DNA of 64,000 nt from Octopus vulgaris (GCA_951406725.2 OX597819.1:96596001-96660000); one strand, 5' to 3'; counted from the stretch's first letter, positions 23,114 to 35,861 are shown. Program-made: numbers and translations. Notes: generated from the letters alone by a model not told the origin.

Positions 23114-26100
23114 TTACCTGGAGCCAAACATACCCAGCTTGCATGCCGCAGGCTTCCATCTTTTCATAAACATATCTCGTGACAGACACCTCTTCTCCAG
23201 CCTGATTTTGCTACTGAGGTGGTAACTAAAAAAGTTAATCAACCCCTGGCCGGAGACAAAGATGCCTGTCACTATACCTTTCGTGCGCGTCTTCCATACT
23301 GTTTCTTTCAGTATGGCTACTACACAGAAAAAACAAGCCTCTCTTTCCCTGTTAAGGAAAGGAGGCGGCACAATCTCGATGATAGACTCAGCTGATAGCT
23401 GTACTCTTCCCATCATTGACAACAGTTGTTCGGCAAAAGCTATCAGTCCCGATAACTCCGGACACTCCACGAATGCGTGCAAGACGGTTTCCCTATCCTG
23501 CTCACATCGCGGGCATGTCGGCGAGACGGCACTTTCGTGCCTTGACAGCTTGTCGCGAACAGGTAAAGCCACACGGAAACACTGCCAGGCCAGGGATTTC
23601 TGGTAATTATCCAGGACCCCGGAACAGGTTGACCAACTGATTTTCATCGTAGCCCAGGGCTTCCCCTAAGGCGTCTTCTGACATAAGGTCCACTAACCCA
23701 CAATAAAAATCTGTGGTGGAACTCCTGTTGCCGGCGTTGCTCACCCGAGAGAGTAGCTGGAGCGTCTGACGGCACTCCAAATGCCATTCACCCAGTTTAG
23801 GTCTCCGCTTGATCCATGCACCGATGTCCATTAGGGATGTTAACTGGGGAAGGTAGAACCGGACGTGCGGTGACCACACTTACTCTCCATCCAGGTAAAG
23901 CCAGAGGTGCCTCAACCTTAACGCGAGTTTTCGCATCCTCAGCCAAGGCATCCCTAGCCCACCCTTTAGCGGTTTCTGGTAGCAGACAGAGCGCTTTACA
24001 AGTGGCTTTCCTCCTTTCCACAAAAAGCGGAAAAGGATTCTCTCCAACTTGTTCAGTCACAAATCGGGGCAAGGCACCACGGTCAGACGGTAGGTGATTA
24101 CTGATGTTATAAACATCTGCACAACCTCCGCTTTTCCTAGCAGGGATAACGCCCGCCCAGACCAGGTCTGGGTTAGAGCGGTCACCTTGCTGGCCACCTC
24201 ACTCCAATTTTTCTCTATCTGGAGGTCTGGACCAATCCAGACGCCGAGCAGCTTAACAGGACCTTCCGTCCAACGCCCCACGACGTTATTGGACATCGGC
24301 TTACCCCTCCAGGTGCCGAGTTGCAAACCGACCGACTTGTCCTTGTTAACCTTTGCTCCTGCTACCGCCTCGTAGCTTTTGATGACCTCTTCCACCACTG
24401 GAAGCTGGCCTTCGTCTGCCACGATGATGGAGGTGTCATCCGCATACGTCGTAGCTCCTCTTTCACACCATAGATCATGCGGCGCGCCCCCTAGTGCCTC
24501 CAACTTCCGCAGCAAAGGCTCAAGAGCCAATACATATAGGAGCGAAGACAGGTGACATCCCTGACGAACTGAACGCTCGATCCTGAACGGCTTCGAAAAG
24601 AAACCGTTCACCTTGACTACAGACTCGATGTCGCTATACAAAGCAGCGATCCAACCTCGAAAGGTCGGGCCTAGGCCAGCCTCTCCGAGGACCGCCGCCA
24701 AGTACCGATGGTCGACCCTATCAAATGCTTTAGACTGGTCTAAATGTACCAGTGCTCCCCCTGCGCCAGAAAGCTTCCCCACCCTCTCTAAGGAGTAGCG
24801 TATAAGGTGGAGATTATCGTGGATCGTTCTGCCAGGGATAGCGCACGTTTGCGCTTCCCCGACAAGTTTGTCCACTACCCGCGCCAACCATTTTGCTAGC
24901 ACCTATCTCGTCCCCTTTGCTCGGGTCCTTCCTGATCAACGTCACCACCACCCCCCCGGCTCGCAGACTTGGGAATTCTCCCATTCTGCTGCCAGTTTGC
25001 GTAGACGCTAGCCAGCAGGTGCGCGAACAAGTCTGGCATACTTTTATAAAATTCATAAAGCAGACCATCGAGACCCGGCGACTTCTCCCCGGGGCACTTG
25101 CCCAACACCTCAATTACTTCCTCGGCTGTGATTGGCCCTTCACAGCACTCAGCCTCTCGTGCCGAGAGACGCGGGCCACCAGACAGGAAGTCCCTAAGGG
25201 CCTCACCATGATCCAGCGTCCCGCACCTCCCGAACAACTCGGCGAAGTGCTTGTGAAGTGCCTCACACATCTCGTCCCGCTTCTTGACCGTGCATCCGTT
25301 TTCATCAACCCCAATTGTGGCATCGTTGCCGCGTTGTGTTTCTATCGTACGGGCCCATCCGGCAACATTAATTCCCTCACGACCCAATGCTCGTACTTTA
25401 GCCCGAACTCTACATCCCTCTTGTTTGGTTTTGAGGTGACGGTCTAATGCCGTTCTCGCCGCTAAAATGTGAGATGCAGAGCCCAACCTCAATGCCTCCT
25501 CTAAGTTCTTAACTAGTTGCCCTTCTATTCTAGCCCTATCTAGTCTTAGTGGTTTACTAAATCTAATGGACTCGAATCGAATGGCTCTTTTGAGGGCGAA
25601 CCACCATCGGTTATTAACCACGGCTCCGGTTAACGCCCTCTGCACTAACTCCTTAATCCGGCTACGGTATGCCTCGCGAGTCAAAATAGACTTGTTCAGC
25701 TTTCAGTAGCTGGTTCCTATCTTAAGTGTGCTATCTATGTCCAGTCTACATTTGACCATTCTATGGTCAGTATAGGGCACCTGGACGAGCTGTGGACAAC
25801 TAAAACTAGACTTATCTCTAGTTCTTATCACTATCCTGTCTAGATAAGACTTGAACCTTCCGTCGCCACTCATCCAGATCCACTCTGGGACGTTCGGATG
25901 GTCAAGTCTGTAACGATCTGCCAGCTGAAACCGCTTAAGCAGATCCACAAGACGTGAGTTTACTTTTCTATGGATCGAGCCAACGCTATCGATGTGTACG
26001 TCAACGATAGCATTAAAGTCCCCTAATACCACTAAAATCTTCGACCTCACGAGAAAGCCCTCTAGCCGCCGATAAAAATCAGTTTGGAAACCTCTAGCAC

Positions 26101-26439
26101 AAGGTGCATAGAGTCTGATCAACCTGAAGGCCTTACTGTTGTATATCAAATGAAGGACGACCAGCCCACCTTCTGGGTTCACATAGACTGTACTTGTCTG
26201 CAGAGCCAAGTCTTTACGGATCAGTACCACTACACTCCTCGCCCTCCGGTCTGGCCAGGAGACATGATTTTCTCGTAGCCATTCAGGAGAGGCGAGAAGG
26301 TTTGTAGGCTGTCCAGCTTGGTCTCTGTAGCAACCATCACGTGTATATCATGTGATCTGAGGTCGTCGAGGAAACAAGCCTGCTTCCACTTCGAACTCAG
26401 ACCACGCACATTTAAACAACCAAGGTTAAGAGAAGCCAT
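23114..26439 (-). pseudogene. LINE ORF2 (APE endonuclease, reverse transcriptase, zinc finger), broken into at least six pieces
   Basis: LNVRGL, ATETK, LGDFN, YLDRI and TDHR (APE); KSPGLDGL..EFYK, LDQSKAFDRVDH, SVRQGC.LS.LLY and YADD (RT); CPRC..DRETVLHAFVEC (zinc finger). Confidence 0.95.
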
Positions 26440-26456
26440 TACAAAGAGTAAAAGTT

Positions 26457-27899
26457 CTACTTACATTTCGTTGGAGAGGTTGGGGCCGACCTCACCACAC
26501 ATTTGTGGGCCCCTTCTTTCTCCTCCTTCTTCAGATAGTCCGGCAAGTTCCCGATACGCCGGATGGTTTCTGGGTGTCTGTCTTTTAATTGTTTGAACAC
26601 TATTTTCGCAATCCACGCACATCTTTCGTTTAGATCTTTGTGTTTGTCGTACAGTCTTGCTGTGTGATGCGGAACCACAATATCGTTTATATATTTGTTT
26701 CGCGTATCATATTTAATTAATATGAGTTCATTTTTTCGTCTTCTTTTTCTGGGCCAGTTGGGCGGGATTTTGTTTTTGGTGCCTGTGGTGTGTCTTTGTT
26801 TTTATTATTTTTTGTAGGGGATGTGGACGGGGATGATGCACGAGTTCTTTTACGAACAGTTGTAAATCCCTCCTCTGATACCTCCATGGTATCGTCTGGG
26901 GTAGCAATATTTTGTTCAGAAGGCGCCGCAGTTTTAAGGGGGTGGGAAGTTTTAATAATGTAGGGGTTTGTGTGTGCAAGGGCTGGGTTTTTTTGTCAGT
27001 TTGTTTTGGGGTTGGCACCGTAACAGCAGGAGTGGGACTTTTTGTTTTTGTAGGGGTAGGTGGGTTTGCAAGGGTAGGGATTTTTTATTATCTGAGGGGC
27101 CTGGTGTCTGCGGTTTCTTTTGCTTGTCTGGACAGTCTACACGAATGTGGCCCTTTTTGCCGCAGGCGTAACAGGTGGGTTTTCGGCCTTCGACCTGCAC
27201 CCTGAGGGCCACATTCTCGCCCATGAGCACCCTCTCAGGAAGGACCTGCAGGTCCTCTTGTGTTCCTTGAATTATTACATTAATGTCTCGCCCAAGCCAA
27301 TATTGAGGGGCAGAGCATGTTATCTGTAATATTTTAATTTTGTCCGTCCTTTTATATAACAGGGCGGCCACTACCTCTACAGGATCTACTTCAGGCGGTG
27401 CTTCTGCAATCCTGACCCGGGACGTCCTGCGTCCCCTATAGGTTGGCAGAAGTACCACCTCCTTGGTTTTTAGGGGATTCACAGAATGCCCGCGGGCCAC
27501 CTCTTCCCCCGAGAAGCGGACCTCCACAGTGCCATATGCCCGTCTCCTGGCGACGTACACAATGTCCTTCCAAATCGGGGACAGGCATTTCTCGATAATA
27601 TTCTTTTCAAAGTGTTTGAACCTTCTGCTTTGTGGACAGAAGATTTTAAACACTACGGTCAGCTTCTCGGTCTCTACGATACTGGCGGAGGGTGATATTT
27701 TAACATCACCACCCTCCTCTTTCATTCTTTTAAATAGCTCGACGAGCTGATTGACATTGATGTCAATGTTCTCGGTTGCCACTGCGGCTACCACCGAAAA
27801 TTTTTTACTACAATTATCAACATTGCTCTCCTCAAGAGCACTATTTTCGTGAATAATCTCAACAGACATTATTCTGTTGAAATTAGTAATAGACAACAC
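26457..27899 (-). pseudogene. LINE ORF1, gag-like nucleic-acid-binding protein, frameshifted in the C-terminal part
   Basis: 315-aa ORF with CYACGKKGHIRVDC (CX2CX4HX4C), then a P/T/K-rich linker and a C-terminal piece ending just before the ORF2 ATG. Confidence 0.9.
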
Positions 27900-28296
27900 A
27901 AAAAAAACAAGTATTGGTTTCCCACAAAACTGGGAAACCTATAAAAAGTTTTTCTTCCAAAGCAGTTCAATGAGTGGTAAAGAGCAGTTAAAAAATTAAG
28001 TTTAATTCCCACTCCCGGGGGAGGGGCACGAAAATAGTCTGGCAAGACTATATACAGTCACGTAGATGAAAAAAGCCACAATGGCTAACAGTTCAACAGT
28101 AACAAATTATCCAATTATTCCCCGGTAAAACCGGGGAACAAGACAGTTCAACAACGTTCAAAAACAAATTTTCAGTAGTAAAATTCAACAAGTTCCAGAT
28201 GGTACGAAGTAATATTAACAACACAGCAAAACTCTTACCGGGAAGAAAACGCGTCCAAACCGTAGTAAGGTAAGCAAAATCACTCTTCAGTCAGTG

Positions 28297-28330
28297 AGGT
28301 TAGCAAGCTACTTACCACACAGCCACTCGT
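28297..28330 (-). mobile_element. 5' head remnant of a family-2 SINE (LINE target site)
   Basis: GCTACTTACCACACAGCCACTC is identical to the head of the complete copy at about 49855-49876. Confidence 0.85.
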
Positions 28331-28335
28331 ACGAC

Positions 28336-28421
28336 TATTCTGACAATCTTTTTCTAAAAAGGAGAAACCGGTCAAATAAATAAATAAATATCTTTAAAAT
28401 TGCATTTTCAAACCTTCTTTC

Positions 28422-28425
<4 letters not shown>
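28336..28425 (+). repeat. Short PLE-type repeat with a hammerhead-like motif, ending in (TA)n
   Basis: TATT CTGACAA TCTTTTT CTA AAAAGGA GAAA CCG GTC AAATA. Its end AAAATTGCATTTTCAAAC recurs at about 6787-6812 and, inverted, at about 19060-19080. Confidence 0.55.
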
Positions 28426-28506
<81 letters not shown>

Positions 28507-29221
28507 CACATATATATATATATATATATACATATATATATACATACATACATACATACATACATACATACATACATACATACATACATACATACATACA
28601 CACACATAAAGCATATATGTGTGCTTGTGTTTGTGTGTAGATACGTGTGTATGTGTGGGTTCTTGTCGGCACTGATGTTTGTAACACTCAGTCCACATTA
28701 ATTTCAGATTTTCAACGTCATCACAAGTATTGACTGGCTTTGATGTTTAGAAATCAATAATAAGTGTTCCTTTAACTAAGGACATGTCTGAAAGAATGTT
28801 TACAAATAATTATGGCTCCTCTAGAACAGTTCTTTGAAGCACTCCACTCAGAAATGCTGAAATAGTTTTTGAAAGTGCAACGTTTTCTGCGCCAATATTT
28901 TTATAATTTATGGCTTATTATCACAAGCCAACATTCACGATAGCCTTGGAAGAATGTTAGTACACCACATTTATAGTTGACTCGCTGAGCAGTTGTGTCA
29001 ATATTGAGTCATAAAACTGTAGAAATTGTATGAAAAATGTTCTACCTGAACGTGAATCGTAGTGAATATCTCATTGCAAGTTGTTCTTCTTTATGAACCT
29101 ATTAAATTTCTCACAGATATTTCGTTTCAGTACTTTGATGTTTTGCGAGAGAAAGATCTGTATGTTTTGCTGTTCGGTACGTTTGTTCCTTAAAGGTAAA
29201 TGATATTGTGCTTTCACTGCA

Positions 29222-29312
<91 letters not shown>

Positions 29313-30939
29313 GTGTGTGTGTATGTATGTATGTATGTATGTATATGTATACACACACATGTATATGTACACAAATGTATAGATAATATACATGTATTTA
29401 AAAATACATATACATATATATATGTATTTGTATAAATTCATAAAAACATATATATAAATATATATTCCAATCACGCTTTATTTCTTATAGTGTGTTAAAT
29501 TTCAAACCTGAGGCAATAAATTTGTGCTCTCCTTGAAAACACTTGGAATACCATGCGTACTCTTAAAATCTTACTCTTTTAACAACTATTCAATGTTAAG
29601 TGGAAAAGATAATTTTTTAGAATGAGATAAAATCGAGAAGCAGAGAACATTTATAAAAGAAAGCCCGAAGCACTTATAATTGCAACTGTTGGATAACTAC
29701 CATATCTATAATTATTTCACAATAAATATTAACAACTTAATTAAAATTTTAGATCTGTCAAACGAGAAAGATTTTAACACTATAAGGAGTTGGCAAACGA
29801 GTTATTTTTGCAAATATTCGAGCAGGTGATTCTCTTTTCAATATTATTATTAATAACAGTTACCTAATGCATTACTTAACATATTAATGGAAAATTACGC
29901 TAAATAAGAAACGGCAATATCTTATCGTAATAACAATAGTTTCTTACCCGAGTTTAAACAGTTTTAAAGTAAGGGAAAATGAGATATTCATACTTTACCA
30001 TAAGGTGAAATATTGTTATTGTTTAACCCATCCTAATCCTGATCGAGCACAGCTATGATCAGCATTGTTCCAGCTGTGACTATTTCGTCTTTTATTCAGA
30101 AATAATCTCCCTAGACACGCATTATCTAGCGTATCTCCTTTCTTTTAAGACGGTAGAATAGGCTTTGATACTGATTTAACAGTTATTTCTATTTGTTTGA
30201 ATAACCAACCAGTAATTTTAGTGACACGGCTCTAAGAAGGGGTGAACGATATCGTGTGAGGTATTTTATTGAAATTATGCATGTTTTGAGTTAGATTTGA
30301 AAATTTGGGACACATTCATCTTGCAGAAAGTTTCACGATTTTCTGTTTATTGCAAATGAATATCATTTTATGTTCTTTAAAATAATATTCAGATTTAAGA
30401 AAGAAATGAGTATGGAAGTGATTAGTTTGTAATTATTAAGATGTAATTAGTCACTACATGTTTCCTAGTTTGTGTAATCTACTCCGAGAATATTCGCAGC
30501 GATAGGCTACTTTCTGATTATGCCAGTGAATTCTAGAATAAGTTCCAGTTCACGTGTCGATACTGTTACTTTTGGTAAAGGATAAACGCCATATACAGTA
30601 AAATCATTAATGCCCTACTGCTGGCTTTTGGTGGGTGATTCCTGGAAGTGTTTTGGTTATAATCTCTCCAAAATTTGATTCAGAAGGCTGTTTTCAGTTC
30701 CTGTTGTAGTAACCAGATTTTTTTAATTTTTGAGTTAGTAAATCTGAGGAAAGGCGTAGAGTGTCACTAATTGTTATTTGTGAAAGTTTGTTAAATTGTT
30801 AAAAGAGATTTAATACACTTACTTAATAAACAATAAAAAAATTTCAACAAGGTTCGATCACCGAAGTTTAGCAACGTTAAGCTTAATTAGCACTTAGATA
30901 GGCAACAGTAACGTTGAACTTAGCAACTGTATCATCTTT

Positions 30940-31190
30940 AGTCAGTCAGCACAGCTCAGTCGGTAAAGCATCAGACTTTATATAGCGCGTCGGACACAAT
31001 GCTTAGTAGCATTTCTTCCAGCTCTTTACATTTCGAGTTTAAATAACGCCGAGATAAATTTTGCTTTGCATTTCATCCTTTCGGGGACGATAAAATAGAA
31101 TACCAGCAAAGTACTGAGGTCAATGATATCGACTAACCCTTCTCCTCAAAATTGTTGATCTTCTGCCAAAATTCAAAACCTTATTATTTC
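30940..31190 (+). mobile_element. Family-1 SINE, tail A, diverged
   Basis: TTTCATCCTTTCGGGGACGATAAAATAGAATACCAG core. Confidence 0.75.
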
Positions 31191-31219
31191 GCTAGTTCCT
31201 GATAATTTATTGTCAGCAG

Positions 31220-31344
31220 GTATTTTATCTAGAGGTTTGGTTACAAGTCTTCTGGCACTTTTCTACAGGTCGACAATGCGAATTTCATTCCCAATTTCTT
31301 CCAGTCTTTTAGGTAGCATTTTGGGTGTTGTGTCAACTGCACCA

Positions 31345-31345
<1 letters not shown>
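31220..31345 (-). mobile_element. R4/Dong-type RLE C-terminal scrap
   Basis: IIIGAVDTTPKMLPKRLEEIG...DL*KS resembles PVIIGALG..P..L...L....LQK. Confidence 0.5.
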
Positions 31346-31385
<40 letters not shown>

Positions 31386-31413
31386 CATTATTATTATTAT
31401 CGTCATCATCATT

Positions 31414-31617
31414 AAGGCGGTGAACTGGCAGAGTCGTTAGCACATCGGGCAAAAATGCTTGGTGACATTTCGCCTATCTTTATGTTTTGAGTTCAAATTC
31501 TGCCGAGGTCGGCTTTAGCTTTTATCCTTTCGGGATCGATAGAATAAGTACTAGTTGAGTACTGGGATCGATATAATCGACTATACTCTCGCCCAAATTT
31601 GCCTATTATAGCAAGGA
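31414..31617 (+). mobile_element. Family-1 SINE, tail A, full length, embedded in (ATT)n
   Basis: Head GGCGGTGAACTGGCAGAGTCGTTAGCAC, B box GAGTTCAAATTC and core, with (ATT)n on both sides. Confidence 0.9.
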
Positions 31618-31632
31618 TTATTATTATTATTA

Positions 31633-32005
31633 TTTTCTCTTTATACTTCAGCTTTGATTTCTGTTGTATTTCACTCAAGGACATCATTCCCAGCACGAAT
31701 ATCAGCGGGGACACACTGTCCCCCTGGAAGATACCTCTCTTGATTTTCCCCTCTCCTAATACTTACTTCTCCGCTGTCAATTCCGTTCTCCAGTATTTCA
31801 TGCTATTCCATATAATGCTTCTCATATTCTCTGCTACTCCATGCATTTCCATTGTTCTTATTATCCAGGAGTGTGGCACCATATCGTATGTTTTGCGATA
31901 GTCAACCCATGCTATGCTCAGGTTTGTATGTCTTCTCGTGCAGTTTCTGATAATTAGATTATCAATTAAGAACTGATCCTTCGTTTTTATCCTTATTCTT
32001 ATTAT
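31633..32005 (-). mobile_element. R4/Dong-type LINE RT fragment
   Basis: KDQFLID...NLSIAWVDYRKTYDMVPHSWI...IKRGIFQGDSVSPLIFVLGM. Confidence 0.9.
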
Positions 32006-32069
<64 letters not shown>

Positions 32070-32094
32070 ACATCATCAACATCATCATCATTTT

Positions 32095-32805
32095 CATTAG
32101 CATCTTCTTTCAATTCTGTTTCCATTTCTTGCCGAGTGTCTTCCTGGCACCTAGGGCAGAGAAACGCGCAGTATATATTGGTAGACCATTGAAATAAACA
32201 TACCAGATTGTTCATTTACAAGGTCATGTGATAGAGAAAAAGGAGAAGAAAGACAGAGAAGAAAAATAAAAAATAAAAAGTAAACGAATAAAATAAAGGG
32301 AGAAAAGGAAAGAAAATTCACATCGACGATGCTCTTCTGAATACGTGTGACATACCAGTTAGGACAATCTTTTACAATTCCTGCATGGGTGGTAAGCCAG
32401 GGATCATTCTTAAATAATTTTCAGTTCCTTTTTTGATCATTCCAAGTGCTCCTACAATCACTGGTATTATAACCGTCTTGAGATGCCACATCTTTTCGAT
32501 TTCGATTAGCAAGTCTTTATATTTTCTGAGCTTACCAAATTCTTTTGCCGAGATATTTTGGTCACAGGGTATGATCATGTCAATCAGTAAACAGACTTTA
32601 TTGTTTTGGTCTTTCACAAAAATATCTGATTTATTTGCTTTGATGGTCCGTTCTGTACATACTGGGAAGTCACAAAGAATAGCTACATTTTCTCCCTCGG
32701 TTACAGCCTCAGGGTGGTGCTTGTACCATTTGTCAGCAGTTTTGATTTTATAATGCCGACACATTATCCAATGTAGGCATTGGCCAACTCTGTCATGTCT
32801 TGGTT

Positions 32806-32806
<1 letters not shown>
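32095..32806 (-). mobile_element. R4/Dong-type LINE 3' end (RLE endonuclease plus 3' UTR)
   Basis: RHDRVGQCLHW...ILCDFPVCTERTIKANKSDI...LIDMIIP..KLRKYKDL..EIEKMW...IPVIVGALG. Ends at a (TGA)n tract. Confidence 0.9.
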
Positions 32807-32863
<57 letters not shown>

Positions 32864-32918
32864 TTAACAACAACAACAACAACAACAACAACAATAATAA
32901 TAATAATAATAATAATAA

Positions 32919-32949
<31 letters not shown>

Positions 32950-33155
32950 AAGAAGAAGAAGAAGAAGAAGAAGAAGAAGAAGAAGCAAGAAGCAGAAGAA
33001 GAAGAAGAAGAAGAAGAAGAAGAAGAAGAAGAAGAAGAAGAAGAAGAAGAAGCAGAAGAAGAAGAAGCAGAAGAAGAAGAAGCAGAAGAAGAAGAAGCAG
33101 AAGAAGAAGAAGCAGAAGAAGAAGAAGAAGAAGGAGGAGGAGGAGGAGGAAGAGG
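32807..33155. repeat. Compound trinucleotide array (AAT)(AAC)(AAT)(AAG)(GAAGAAGAAGAAGCA)(GGA)
   Basis: Directly visible. Confidence 0.97.
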
Positions 33156-33159
33156 AAAA

Positions 33160-34372
33160 TAATGACAGGATTTAGGATGCACCACCCACAATCTGACATA
33201 GAAAGGTTATATATACAACGTATAGAAGGTGGTAGAGGCTTTATACAGTTAAAAAACCATTACAAAATAACCATCGTAGGACTACAGAAATACCTACTTC
33301 AGAAGTAAGGAAAACTAATACAAATAGCCACAAAACACGAAAAAAACAAAAAACTGTTTTCAGTATTTAAGGAAGCTGACAAATACAAAAAAGAAGTCAT
33401 ACTTCCCAACAACTATGACGAAAAAGAATAAACAACAAAACTGTAAAACAACTGAAATCCAAACTAAAACTGGAACAGCAACGGATGACGATGGCAAGAA
33501 AAGCCCCTTTACGGCAAATACAGGGGTTAAACTAAACGCAAAATAAATAGACAAAGCAAAATCCTAACAACGGCTGAGAAGCTCGGGACTCAAAGCAGAG
33601 ACTTGAAGGATTTTTAATTACAGCACAAGACCAAAGCCACCCCACCAGAAATTACCAAGAACATAATGGGAAGAAACATAACAAGTAACTGCAGAATATG
33701 AGGAGATGGACAAGAAACAATAAACCATATTATTTCTGGTTGCCCAGTCCTGGCTAAGAGAGAATATATTCACATACGTGATGGAGTTGGGATCTACATA
33801 CACTGGAAGCTATGCCAACACTATGGAATAACAACAGAAAAAAATGGTATTGGCACACACCAAAAAAAGGTCACAGAAAATGAGAAAGCAGCCTTATTAT
33901 GGGATATGCCAAGACACACAGATAGAAAAATTAAGGCCAATAGACCGGATATAGTCGTCAGAGATCATCAAGAAAAAAAGGCTTTCACTCGACGTATCAA
34001 TACCAGCAGATAATAATGTTTCTCTAAAAGAAATGGAGTAACTTTCAAAATACAAAGACCTGGAAATAGAAGCAATTCGAATGTGGAGTCTAAAAACAGA
34101 AACAATTCCTATCATAATAGCATTAGGTATGATAAAAAAATATTCAGACAAATACATAAGAAAAACACCAGAAATAACAAATATATATAATATACAGAAA
34201 ATAGCACTACTAGGCAGGCACCGCACACATCCTGCGTAAAACACAATACAATAACAATAACAGCATCGCTATAAACTACAGCACATATCCAAGGCACACA
34301 GAGCTGCTCTCGGTAGTGCAGTGAAAGCATGTCATAAAAATAAGACTATTGAGTAATAATAATAATAATAAT
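33160..34372 (+). mobile_element. R4/Dong-type LINE 3' portion with (TAA)n end
   Basis: GFRMHHPQSDIERLYIQRIEGGRG; YIHWKLCQHYGI; LWDMPRHTDRKIKANRPDIVV; SKYKDLEIEAIRMW. Terminates in TAATAATAAT at about 34353-34372. Confidence 0.9.
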
Positions 34373-34759
34373 ATAAATCAGAAACTTAACTGACAAAATG
34401 CACTGTCACACATATATATATACACGTACTCTTTCACATACCCATATATTCACCATAAACTGTACTCGACCTGCAAAAATTAGTAACCACATGCCTTTAA
34501 TTCACGCGTTGCCCAGCTCCATAATATCACGTTGGATATTACAGACCAGGGTATGTAAAAAAGCTGGATGGTCACGACAAGAAAGCCTTTGATCGTAAGT
34601 CTTTTCAATCAGGGCTGACCTGGAGCTACGCAATAAACCATTGTTCTGTTTAATGTAACTCTTCAAAACTTCCTTTTGTCCAAACAGTCTCTCCCTCCAC
34701 TCCCATTCACTATTCCTGCCTTTTCCCCTCTCACCTCCCCCGCTCCTTACTATCCTTAT

Positions 34760-34791
<32 letters not shown>

Positions 34792-35578
34792 CAACACCGC
34801 TACCATCACCACTCCACGACTATTTATTCTATTTTAAACCTTCATTAATTTGCAACCTCAAATTTTCTCTCGCGCAAAAACAAAAACAAAAACAAAAACA
34901 AAACAGTAACGTTTCAGTTTTTAAATTTAATATTTCTATAATAATATTATTTCTCTTGTTCTGGTCGTTGCTGTTGTTGTTGTTGTAGATGTTGTTGTTG
35001 TTGGTATGGTTACTGTTTTGATATTGCTTTTTATTTTTTTTATAACTGTTATGGCTATTATTGTTGTTGTTGTTGTTGTTGTTAATAATTTGTTGTTTTT
35101 ACGATGTTTGTTCCATCGCAGATATTCCTTATGTCTTTTGTTCTTGTTTTATTGTTTTTGTTAATGCCGTTGTTGTTTTCCTTGTTGCTGTTGTTGTTAT
35201 AACCGATGTCGTTAATTATATTCTTTGCGAAATTCAAATTTATTGCAATATTAAAAATCCCTCACCCTTGTCTCCTCCCCCTCTTCCCTTCACTCCAACT
35301 TCTGCATCTTCCACCCTTTCACCCTCTCCTATCTCCTTCCAATTCTCATTCCTCGCAACTACCAACGTCGTATCTCTCCTCACACACACCTCCATATACT
35401 GTCATTTCCCCTTTTTTTTTTCTCTTTCTTCTTTCTCACTTCACAACTCCTAACATCCCTTCTACCATATTTAATGGTCTCCTTTACATTTTGGAAACTT
35501 TCCCGAGATTTTCAGGCTATTGTATCAGAAGAAAATACGAAAGACACAAACATCACAAATACCACCACCACCACCACC

Positions 35579-35610
<32 letters not shown>

Positions 35611-35639
35611 AATAATAATAATAATAATAATAATTCTAA

Positions 35640-35861
35640 TATTGGTTTCAAATTTTGGCACAAGACCAGCAATTTCAAGGGCGGATGTAAATCGATTACA
35701 TCGGCCCCAGTGCTCAGTTGGTACTTATTTTAACCACCCCCGAAGGAATGAGAAGACAAAGTCGACCTCAGTGACATTTGAACTCAGAACGTAAAGTCGG
35801 AAGAAATTCCGCTAAGCGGTTATTTCCCGGAGCGGTATCGATTCTGCCAGCTCACCGCCTA
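35640..35861 (-). mobile_element. Family-1 SINE, tail A, between AAT-rich tracts
   Basis: Core plus head end GATTCTGCCAGCTCACCGCC. Confidence 0.88.

Larger units (their letters stand above)
22882..28296 (-). mobile_element. Full-length Tx1/L1-clade non-LTR retrotransposon, inactivated
   Basis: ORF1 with CCHC knuckle, then APE endonuclease, RT and C-terminal zinc finger. Flanked by TSD AGGTAAGCAAGCTACTT (22865-22881) and AGGTTAGCAAGCTACTT (28297-28313), 16/17 identical. Confidence 0.95.

Noticed and set aside
24094-27750. Plus-strand ORFs antisense to the LINE
   Set aside because: Shadow ORFs of GC-richer coding sequence, with no motifs.
32780-33199. Acidic or basic protein-like ORFs
   Set aside because: Pure trinucleotide array between two LINE fragments.
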